Below are positions 20,398-27,609 of a stretch of DNA of 50,305 nucleotides, piece after piece. The stretch covers positions 1 to 50,305 of the forward strand of contig JAYRRP010000005.1 of the NCBI GenBank assembly GCA_041910055.1. The letters are read 5' to 3'. The notes below the pieces were generated by a model. It had not been told where the DNA came from. It did not search any database and worked only from the letters and a program-made list of their open reading frames with translations. The DNA is from Candidatus Saccharimonadales bacterium. Its GTDB lineage: Bacteria > Patescibacteriota > Saccharimonadia > Saccharimonadales > JAYRRP01. How positions within the stretch are numbered: position 1 is the stretch's first letter; each line of letters begins with the position of its first letter. The translations under genes and the position numbers were made by a program.

Positions 20398-20577
20398 ATG
20401 AAACAATTACAAAAATTACTCATAAAGCCAATGAGTCGACGGGAGTTTCTGGCATATCTTGGAGCACTTGTTTTAGCTGTATCGGGTATTCGTGGCCTGC
20501 TCTCGACAATCCATAATCCACATAAGAATTCTGAGAGTACTGAGGGTTACGGTAATAGCTACTACGGTGGCGAATAA
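20398..20577 (+). CDS. 59-aa protein with a twin-arginine-like signal (MSRREFLAYLGALVLAVSG) and a C-terminal GYGNSYYGGE
   Basis: This is the in-frame ATG inside track ORF 20344..20577, preceded by aaaggtgaagg. The RREFL plus hydrophobic h-region pattern resembles Tat signals. Confidence 0.45.
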   Translation: MKQLQKLLIKPMSRREFLAYLGALVLAVSGIRGLLSTIHNPHKNSESTEGYGNSYYGGE

Positions 20578-20603
20578 TAAGAGAAAGGTAATATATACAA
20601 TAA

Positions 20604-22073
20604 ATGGCACGATTACCTCGACCACATGGTGACAAGAACAGTTGGGGTGACATACTGAATGAGTACTTGCGAGTCGAACACAATGAAGACGGAACACTCA
20701 AGCGTGGCTCACAGATAGATGCGGCGTACACAAAGCCAGTTGGCGGTATCCCGAAGAGTGACCTGGCCTCTGATGTCCAGTATGCACTTGAAGCTGTGGC
20801 GCATACATCAAGTAGTAACTCCAACACTTCACAGAAACTTCTGCCAGCAAAAGCAAGCGGTGTTTCTTTTGCCCCTGTTATAGGTATTAGCGCCACTAAT
20901 GTGCAATCGGCTATTGAAGAGGTTGCCAAAAAGATCCCCTCTAGCACCTCTTCGGAAGGTGTTGCCGACCATGGTGCTTTGACGGGGCTAGATGATGATG
21001 ATCATCATCAATACGCTCTAGCTGACGGCACCAGGGGCAACTTCGCACCACTATCGCATACACATAGTGGGAGAGATTTGATAATTTCCGGTGCAAACAA
21101 CGGAGATTTCTTGCGTTATAGTGCCGGAAATACTGGTTTTCATATGAGTTGCACACCGTTGAAATGGAATGGGACAGATTATAATGAAAGTAATGGTATA
21201 GATAATGGCATAACAATTGTTAGTACAAACAATTCAACTTCTTCAGTCAACGCGGACGATTCCTTTATTGATACGAGTGGCTCATCCAACGTACACGTAG
21301 CACTTGTTGATGCCACTAACGCAGGCGGTGGCCATGCGACCTGGTATTTAGAATATGGCTTACTTACTAATAATAGTGCGACTGAAGATCTTGCAGGCCT
21401 CCAATCATTACTCAACTACATCACCCCAGGCGGTTATGTAGTGCAAAACTTTAAGGCTAATATTTTGACGGCTAACGGTGCAACGAGTAGTTTTACATTT
21501 ACAGGATTAACCGGTTTTACGAACGGTCCGCAAAATGTTTCTGTGATAAGCGGGTATTCACCGTTGTCAATCAATTATATGAGCACAGCAACTTGGGAAG
21601 CCACAGCACTGCCTCCTACGTATAGTTTGACAAATGATGACGTTACCCGGCTTCAAAGCATAACTGACGATGACGTTACCCGGCTTCAAAGCATAACTGA
21701 CGATGATGTTACCTTGTTGCATAATATCAATGAAACTGCCACATTCAGCGCTTCTGGTGTACTGGCAGTGACACTTGGAACGCATTTTTGGTACGCAAAT
21801 CGTGACTATACTATCTTGGGAGTGCGTGCTGCTGTTGGCACAGCCCCATTAGGATCATCATTAATCGTTGATATCAATAAAAACGGCACTACTATATTTA
21901 CTACTCAAAGTAATCGTCCGACAATTGCTATGTCAGCTAACGCTTCAACACTTGCTGAACCGGACGTTACAAGCTTATCTTTGGGTAATTATTTACAAGT
22001 GGATATAGATCAAGTAGGTAATTCTGCTCCTGGCGAAGATCTTACGGTCCAAATATTACTTAAACAGGTATAA
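20604..22073 (+). CDS. phage tail-fibre-like / receptor-binding-like protein
   Basis: The N-terminus WGDILNEYLRVEHNEDGTLK resembles motifs I recall from actinophage minor-tail/tail-fibre proteins. So do ISATNVQSAIEEV, HGALTGLDDDDHHQYAL and PLSHTHSGRDL. There is no signal peptide. Confidence 0.6.
   Translation: MARLPRPHGDKNSWGDILNEYLRVEHNEDGTLKRGSQIDAAYTKPVGGIPKSDLASDVQYALEAVAHTSSSNSNTSQKLLPAKASGVSFAPVIGISATNVQSAIEEVAKKIPSSTSSEGVADHGALTGLDDDDHHQYALADGTRGNFAPLSHTHSGRDLIISGANNGDFLRYSAGNTGFHMSCTPLKWNGTDYNESNGIDNGITIVSTNNSTSSVNADDSFIDTSGSSNVHVALVDATNAGGGHATWYLEYGLLTNNSATEDLAGLQSLLNYITPGGYVVQNFKANILTANGATSSFTFTGLTGFTNGPQNVSVISGYSPLSINYMSTATWEATALPPTYSLTNDDVTRLQSITDDDVTRLQSITDDDVTLLHNINETATFSASGVLAVTLGTHFWYANRDYTILGVRAAVGTAPLGSSLIVDINKNGTTIFTTQSNRPTIAMSANASTLAEPDVTSLSLGNYLQVDIDQVGNSAPGEDLTVQILLKQV
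21633..21731 (+). repeat. 33-nt in-frame tandem repeat, about 3 copies (NDDVTRLQSIT / DDDVTRLQSIT / DDDVTLLHNIN)
   Basis: Segments 21636-21676 and 21669-21709 are identical over about 41 nt at a 33-nt offset. The third copy has diverged. Confidence 0.9.
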
Positions 22074-22079
22074 CGGAAA

Positions 22080-22787
22080 ATGGCCGTACAAATTGTATCG
22101 TATTCTTATACGGAGGCAACTGGTCAGCAAACCGTCACTGCTCCGTTGCCTGCCGGCATGCAATACAACGATTTACTCATTTTTTTGATGGCAGATAATA
22201 GTAATTCTGGCTTTGAAAGTGTCCAACCTTCGCTTAACCAATACCTTGGAGGCGAGAATACGGATTGGGACAATCAGGATACGCATTATCTAGTTAATAA
22301 AGGCGATTTATCATCATCTTTTACCTTACATATGCATGGCGTTGGTAATCCAATGTTTTGTGTCCTGTGTATTCGTGGTGCAGACCCAAACGTGATACCA
22401 GTGACTCATCCATTTCCTCCTGGTACTGGCGGAACTCACAATTATCATACTGACGTGCGCCAAGGGGATTCAATTAACGTTCCATGGGATGATGCCTTGT
22501 TAATAGGTTTCTTTGGCCACGCAAAACAGACTTTTTCTCGCCAGGTTCAGTTTACAAGCGCAAGTGGTATGACACAATATATGGAGACAAACCATGCAAA
22601 TCAAGAGCTCGCTTGGGAGGTTGCTACTGAGCAGCTCGGTCCAGCTGGATTGAGCGGTACGAGGACTGCATACGTAAGGGATATGTCAAACAATCCCGTA
22701 ACAGACGGTAGCGGTACAGTCCAGCTTGTGGCAATAAAACCTGCCTCAACTAATACGGGGTTTACGGGGTGGGGTATACCTTTGTAA
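22080..22787 (+). CDS. hypothetical protein, 235 aa, co-oriented 6 nt downstream of the tail-fibre-like gene
   Basis: ORF track. No signal peptide and no recognisable motif. Confidence 0.55.
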   Translation: MAVQIVSYSYTEATGQQTVTAPLPAGMQYNDLLIFLMADNSNSGFESVQPSLNQYLGGENTDWDNQDTHYLVNKGDLSSSFTLHMHGVGNPMFCVLCIRGADPNVIPVTHPFPPGTGGTHNYHTDVRQGDSINVPWDDALLIGFFGHAKQTFSRQVQFTSASGMTQYMETNHANQELAWEVATEQLGPAGLSGTRTAYVRDMSNNPVTDGSGTVQLVAIKPASTNTGFTGWGIPL

Positions 22788-22821
22788 CCGAAACACACAT
22801 CTAACCTGCTACAATAATCTC

Positions 22822-23736
22822 ATGCCCAAAACCCAAAAGTCTGAGATAGCTAATCCTACCCAAGCAGTCATAAAAACTATCATTACTGTCGCTATCGTTT
22901 TGTTTGTAGTGTTCGGATGGCTCTGGTGGCGGTTTGTGTACACGAGCCCGAAAAATGTATTTTGGGGAATGATCAATAACAATTTGGCAACCTACAGTAT
23001 CACCAAGCAGACTAACTTAAATCAGAATGCTGAATCACTCAACCAAACGACCCAAATTAATTTAGGTGCGCAGGATGCGGTTGAGTCTCGCGTAGTACTC
23101 ACTCAAGATGACGGTCAAAACAAAAGCGAAGTAACTACTGAAAATATTGGTTTTATTGATAGCGATTATAGCCGATATATAAAGATCAATACCAATCAAA
23201 AAAATGCGGCAGGCCAAGCACCGGATTTCTCAAAAGTATTAGGGGTGTGGGGTAAAAGTGGCAATACAAAAGATCAGCAATCTACCCAGTATTTCCGACA
23301 GTCGCTTACCGGTGTTATCCCTATTGCCAACCTTAACCCCGAGCAGCGGGCCCGCATACTTTCACTCATGCATGAGAAAAATGTCTACTCCCCCAATTAC
23401 GGCAAAGTGAAAAAAGAGACGGTTGACGGCCACTCCGCCTACGTATTTGAGGTGGACTTGAACCTTAAGCCCTATGTGGAGGTCCTGCAAGAAGTAGCCA
23501 AGGTGTCGGGCCTGGAGAAGATTGAAGGTCTGGATGCCGAGCAGTATAATGGCGCCCCCCCGGTCAAGTTGACGGTCACGGTTGGCAAGGTGTCACACCA
23601 GCTTATGCAAATAAAGTTTGAAGGCAATGGCCGTGAAGAAAATTACCGTTCATTTGGCTTGGCTCGTCCTATTGAGGTGCCGCAGGGAGCAATTAGCCTG
23701 CCTGAATTGCAACAGCGCGTGCAATCGATCCAGTGA
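22822..23736 (+). CDS. N-terminally anchored extracytoplasmic protein, function unknown
   Basis: The TM helix is IKTIITVAIVLFVVFGWLWW. An extended -10 TGCTACAAT (22807-22815) lies 6 nt upstream of the ATG and there is no SD. Confidence 0.6.
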   Translation: MPKTQKSEIANPTQAVIKTIITVAIVLFVVFGWLWWRFVYTSPKNVFWGMINNNLATYSITKQTNLNQNAESLNQTTQINLGAQDAVESRVVLTQDDGQNKSEVTTENIGFIDSDYSRYIKINTNQKNAAGQAPDFSKVLGVWGKSGNTKDQQSTQYFRQSLTGVIPIANLNPEQRARILSLMHEKNVYSPNYGKVKKETVDGHSAYVFEVDLNLKPYVEVLQEVAKVSGLEKIEGLDAEQYNGAPPVKLTVTVGKVSHQLMQIKFEGNGREENYRSFGLARPIEVPQGAISLPELQQRVQSIQ

Positions 23737-23787
23737 TGTGAAATACTAACTAAATTGGAAATATAAAAAAATAAAAAGGTTTTATTT

Positions 23788-25464
23788 ATGGAAGATGGCA
23801 CAAATCAAACCCCACCAAATTCTTATCCCCCGCAAAGGCCCCTACCCCCAGAGTCTCCCGTTGCTCCTCCGACACCTACAAACAATAACTTTTCCGCCGG
23901 ACCAATGACCCCTGTTGCACCAGCCGTTCCAAATATTCCCGCACCAGTGATAACGCCCACCGCCCCGAAGTGGTGGCAACGGCCACGGGTAAAGCTGATT
24001 GCGATCATTGCCGGCGCCCTATTACTTCTAGGCGGCGGGAGTGCCGCTGCGTACTTTGCGGTCATAGTGCCCAACCAACCGGCCAATGTGCTGAAAAAAT
24101 CTCTCCAAAACACCTTGCAGCAGGATAAAATTACTGCCAAGGGGACAATGGACTTTAGTGGTACGGAAGAAGGGAGCCAGGTGTTCGGTACTGGTGGTAT
24201 GAAAGGAAGCCTTGATTACACACTGCAAGCCGACGGCACCTCAGACAATTCATCCCTGGAAGCCAAACTAAAGTTCAACAATAAAAGTTTTCCGATTGAA
24301 CTGCGTTCGGTCGATAAAACCGCCTATTTAAAACTAGGTGATATTAGCGACTTGCTTGGCGGCCTGAACCTCTCTTCGCCAGAATTTCAACAAATAGTGG
24401 ATACTGTGAGTAAAGCGGTGAGTAACCAGTGGATATCGTTTAAAGACAATGCCGCCAGCAAGACACTAAATTGTTTGGGCACATTCCCGGATGCGAAACA
24501 ATCCAAAGAAGAATTTACTTTTTTGGAGGAGACGTTTAAAAACAACCAGTTTGCAAAAGTAACTTCTACTTCCAAAGAAAAAGTTGACGGCAAAAATGCG
24601 ATAAAATATGTCATCTCCTTTGATAAAGGCAAAAGTAAAGATTTTATGGAACGGGTCAAGGAACGGCCGCGCTACAAGGAACTGCTGAAATGCCTGGGTG
24701 CTGAAGAAGAAAATGCGGTGCGTGCGAACAAGCAAGAGCTGAGTACGGTCCGCAGCCTGGTAGGCCTCAAAGCAGCCTCTGCGAAGAGCCAGCCATCCCG
24801 CGGCGGATCTTCCAGCTCGAGCAATTCTGATGATACCGATATCGGTCTGCAACTGTGGGTAGACAGCTCCAAGAAAGTTATTTCCAAAATTCAGCTCGAC
24901 GCGTCTTCTTCGTCCGGTAAGACTGTAGTCACCACTAAACTGGAGTATGGCCAGACCAAGATTGAAAAACCAGGCAGTAGCAAAACGGTTGAGGAGCTAT
25001 TAAAGGAGATTGGCCCGACCCTCGAGCAAATCGCACCTGGCATTGATTCATGGCTTTCCGGGACACTTTCCAGCCAGCCATCAACGGATGATGGCACGAC
25101 CGGATCAATCTCGGCGCGTACGCGTAATACCGAGAGGCAAACTGACATCAAGGCCATTCATGGCCAGCTTGAAGCTTTCAGTGCACAGAAAGGCTATTAT
25201 CCCACGCTCGCCAACCTCAATGATCCGAACTGGCGCAGCACTAATATGAAGGGGCTTGACCAGGACGCCCTCAAAGACCCAGGTGGGACATCAGCCATCC
25301 TTGTGGCAACACCTGCAAAAAATGCTTATAGTTATCAGGCGAAGAATAGCAAGGGTGGTGTCTGTACGAACCAGGTGGGTAATGAGTGTGATACATATAC
25401 GCTGACTGCGACATATGAGGGTCAGGTGAACGGCCAAAGCACGTTTGTAAAAAATAATTTATAA
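23788..25464 (+). CDS. Pro-rich, single-TM surface protein with a pilin-like globular C-terminal domain
   Basis: A Pro-rich N-terminus of about 60 aa precedes the TM helix LIAIIAGALLLLGGGSAAAYFAV. The C-terminal RNTERQTDIKAIHGQLEAFSAQKGYYPTLANLNDPNW resembles the segment that follows the N-terminal helix in type IV pilin/pseudopilin proteins. Confidence 0.6.
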   Translation: MEDGTNQTPPNSYPPQRPLPPESPVAPPTPTNNNFSAGPMTPVAPAVPNIPAPVITPTAPKWWQRPRVKLIAIIAGALLLLGGGSAAAYFAVIVPNQPANVLKKSLQNTLQQDKITAKGTMDFSGTEEGSQVFGTGGMKGSLDYTLQADGTSDNSSLEAKLKFNNKSFPIELRSVDKTAYLKLGDISDLLGGLNLSSPEFQQIVDTVSKAVSNQWISFKDNAASKTLNCLGTFPDAKQSKEEFTFLEETFKNNQFAKVTSTSKEKVDGKNAIKYVISFDKGKSKDFMERVKERPRYKELLKCLGAEEENAVRANKQELSTVRSLVGLKAASAKSQPSRGGSSSSSNSDDTDIGLQLWVDSSKKVISKIQLDASSSSGKTVVTTKLEYGQTKIEKPGSSKTVEELLKEIGPTLEQIAPGIDSWLSGTLSSQPSTDDGTTGSISARTRNTERQTDIKAIHGQLEAFSAQKGYYPTLANLNDPNWRSTNMKGLDQDALKDPGGTSAILVATPAKNAYSYQAKNSKGGVCTNQVGNECDTYTLTATYEGQVNGQSTFVKNNL

Positions 25465-25509
25465 CCCGTATTTACACAGCAGGAACGAACTGATACTATC
25501 CCCATTGTC

Positions 25510-25579
25510 GTGGGGCACGGGCTTTGCCCACCCGCTTGCGGGCGTAGGTAACCCCTACAGTGCTCCACCATTTATTTTT
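25510..25579 (+). terminator. branched (cloverleaf-like) GC-rich structure followed by a T-tract; probable terminator
   Basis: The closing stem pairs gtggggcac (25510-25518) with gtgctccac (25560-25568), including one G-U pair. It encloses three hairpins: gggc-ttt-gccc, cccg-cttg-cggg and gtagg-taacc-cctac. The sequence caTTTATTTTT follows. Confidence 0.45.
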
Positions 25580-25642
25580 GTATTCTTTATAAAGCATCAT
25601 AAAGCATCGCGTTTTAGCGAGCTTGCAGTAAAATAAAGGTAT

Positions 25643-26917
25643 ATGTTGAACCTCTTTAAAAGACGGCTTTATTTTGGCGGTGCCCGCTACTTTCGCTTCT
25701 GGGCTCGAATAAAACTCCGTCGTTGGGCACCGACCGTTATTGTCGTGACAGGTTCAGCCGGCAAGACGACTCTATTACATCTTATTGAGGCACAACTGGG
25801 CCGGGAGGCAAAATACTCACACCATGCCAATAGCGCCTATGGCATTCCTTTTGACATACTGGGGCTAAAGGGAGTGACTACTTCGCGTTTTAACTGGATT
25901 GGCTTATTTCTAAGAGCACCTTTTACCGTACTTTCAGATGTACCCAAGGCACGGCTTTATATAGCTGAAGCTGATGCAGACAGGCCAGGCGAAGCCCGAT
26001 TTTTAGGCGAGTTATTACATCCGAAAGTTACTCTGTGGGTGAATTCTTTGCACACCCACACCACTGCGTTTGACAGCCTCGTAAGTAGTGGGAAATTTCG
26101 GTCAGTCGAGGAGGCTGTTGCCTATGAATACGGTCACTTACTAGCCGCGACTTCAGATTTGGTAGTAATGGATGGCGATATAGAGCTAATGGTAAAGCAA
26201 AAGTCCAGGACAACGGCAAAGGTGGTTGAAGTGAGGTTGTCTGAATTAAAGGAATATACACTAAAGGTAGATAAAACAAGTTTTCGTTTTGACAAGCGAC
26301 AATATACTTTACCAGCGGCTGTTCCTAAGGCAACTTACTACCAAGTGGCAATGACAGATGCAGTATTGTCATACCTAAATGCGACTCCTGATTTGGTTTA
26401 CGAAAGATTTGAGCTTCCACCGGGCAGGAGCAGTCTCTTTACCGGCCTAAAGGGCACTACGCTCATAGATAGTACTTACAATAATTCCAACATTGACAGC
26501 TTGGGCGCGATAATTGAGATGTTTGATATTTATCCTGCTCACAAAAAGTGGTTGGTTATTGGCGATATGCTTGAGCAGGGCAAAGACGAAGCCCGGGAAC
26601 ACCAAAAAGTGGCTAATATGCTTGCGAGTACTCATTTTGATAAGATTTTATTTGTTGGTAAGCGGGTGCGTGCTCATACATTGCCTGCGCTAAGCGCTTC
26701 CCTAAAGGAACGTACCAAGATCCTTGTATTCAAAAGCCCAACTGAAGTAAAGGAATATTTACAGGCTGAGCTTTCCGGTCAAGAAACGGTCTTATTCAAA
26801 GGTGCTGGATTTTTAGAAGGTGTAGTAGAGTCACTGTTAGTGAATAAAGCTGATGCCGCGAAATTAGTAAGACGTGAGCGAATCTATCAAAAAAAGCGTG
26901 CAGCATGGGGAATGTAA
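25643..26917 (+). CDS. Mur ligase family protein (MurF/MurE-like paralog)
   Basis: It has the P-loop VVTGSAGKTTLLHLI, central and C-terminal Mur-ligase-like layout, and DSTYNNSN (compare the D.YNANP motif). Confidence 0.75.
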   Translation: MLNLFKRRLYFGGARYFRFWARIKLRRWAPTVIVVTGSAGKTTLLHLIEAQLGREAKYSHHANSAYGIPFDILGLKGVTTSRFNWIGLFLRAPFTVLSDVPKARLYIAEADADRPGEARFLGELLHPKVTLWVNSLHTHTTAFDSLVSSGKFRSVEEAVAYEYGHLLAATSDLVVMDGDIELMVKQKSRTTAKVVEVRLSELKEYTLKVDKTSFRFDKRQYTLPAAVPKATYYQVAMTDAVLSYLNATPDLVYERFELPPGRSSLFTGLKGTTLIDSTYNNSNIDSLGAIIEMFDIYPAHKKWLVIGDMLEQGKDEAREHQKVANMLASTHFDKILFVGKRVRAHTLPALSASLKERTKILVFKSPTEVKEYLQAELSGQETVLFKGAGFLEGVVESLLVNKADAAKLVRRERIYQKKRAAWGM

Positions 26918-27609
26918 TGAAAGTCTATATCTTGCATGGCTGGACCTATTCACTTGATAAGTGGGAGGAATTTTGCCAGCAAATGCAAGCAGCCGGTTAC
27001 GAGACTATCCAGTTAAAGGTCCCTGGATTAACGGCACCAAGTTCGAAGGTGTGGACAATAGACCAGTATGTAGAGTGGCTCCACAAAGAGCTTGCCAAAG
27101 AATCTTCGCCGATCGTTATCGGACATTCCAATGGGGGGAGGATTGCGCTTGCCTACGCACAGCGATATCCAGGCAGATTAGGTAAGTTAGTGCTGGTAGA
27201 TAGTGCGGGCATTCCCTTTAAGAATCGTCTGCATGAAGCAAAGCGTCGAACGCTAAGGTGGGCAGCCAAGACTAGCAAGCCACTTGCAAACGTAAAACCG
27301 CTCAGGAAATTGGTATACAGAGCTGTCGGCGCTCATGATTACTTGGAGGCACCACCGAACATGAAGCGCACTCTGCAAAATATGCTTGAAGCCGACCAGC
27401 GACTTGATCTTGCAAGTGTCCAGGTGCCCACAACCATTATTTGGGGCAAGGGTGATACCTACACGCCGTTGTCTATGGGAAAAAAAATGAACCGGCTGAT
27501 ATCGGGATCTCATTTATTTGTAATTGCTGGTGCAAAACATGCCCCATTCTATACTCACCCGCATGAGACTATTAAACTGATCCGGCATGAGCTTGAGGAA
27601 AAACCATGA
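26917..27609 (+). CDS. alpha/beta-fold hydrolase
   Basis: The nucleophile elbow is IGHSNGG, and a late His lies in GAKHAPFYTHP. ATG 26917 overlaps the Mur-ligase stop (TAATG). The track ORF begins at the alternative ATG 26905. Confidence 0.8.
   Translation: MKVYILHGWTYSLDKWEEFCQQMQAAGYETIQLKVPGLTAPSSKVWTIDQYVEWLHKELAKESSPIVIGHSNGGRIALAYAQRYPGRLGKLVLVDSAGIPFKNRLHEAKRRTLRWAAKTSKPLANVKPLRKLVYRAVGAHDYLEAPPNMKRTLQNMLEADQRLDLASVQVPTTIIWGKGDTYTPLSMGKKMNRLISGSHLFVIAGAKHAPFYTHPHETIKLIRHELEEKP

Noticed and set aside
20099-25464. Possible integrated prophage or mobile island
   Set aside because: Only one gene looks phage-like. No integrase, terminase, portal, capsid or lysis genes and no flanking direct repeats were seen. 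The adjacent tRNA-Ala is separated from it by a host-like hydrolase gene.
25510-25570. Cloverleaf considered as a real tRNA gene
   Set aside because: It is only about 61 nt, with arm loops of 3, 4 and 5 nt. It has no 7-nt anticodon loop and no D-loop or T-loop consensus.
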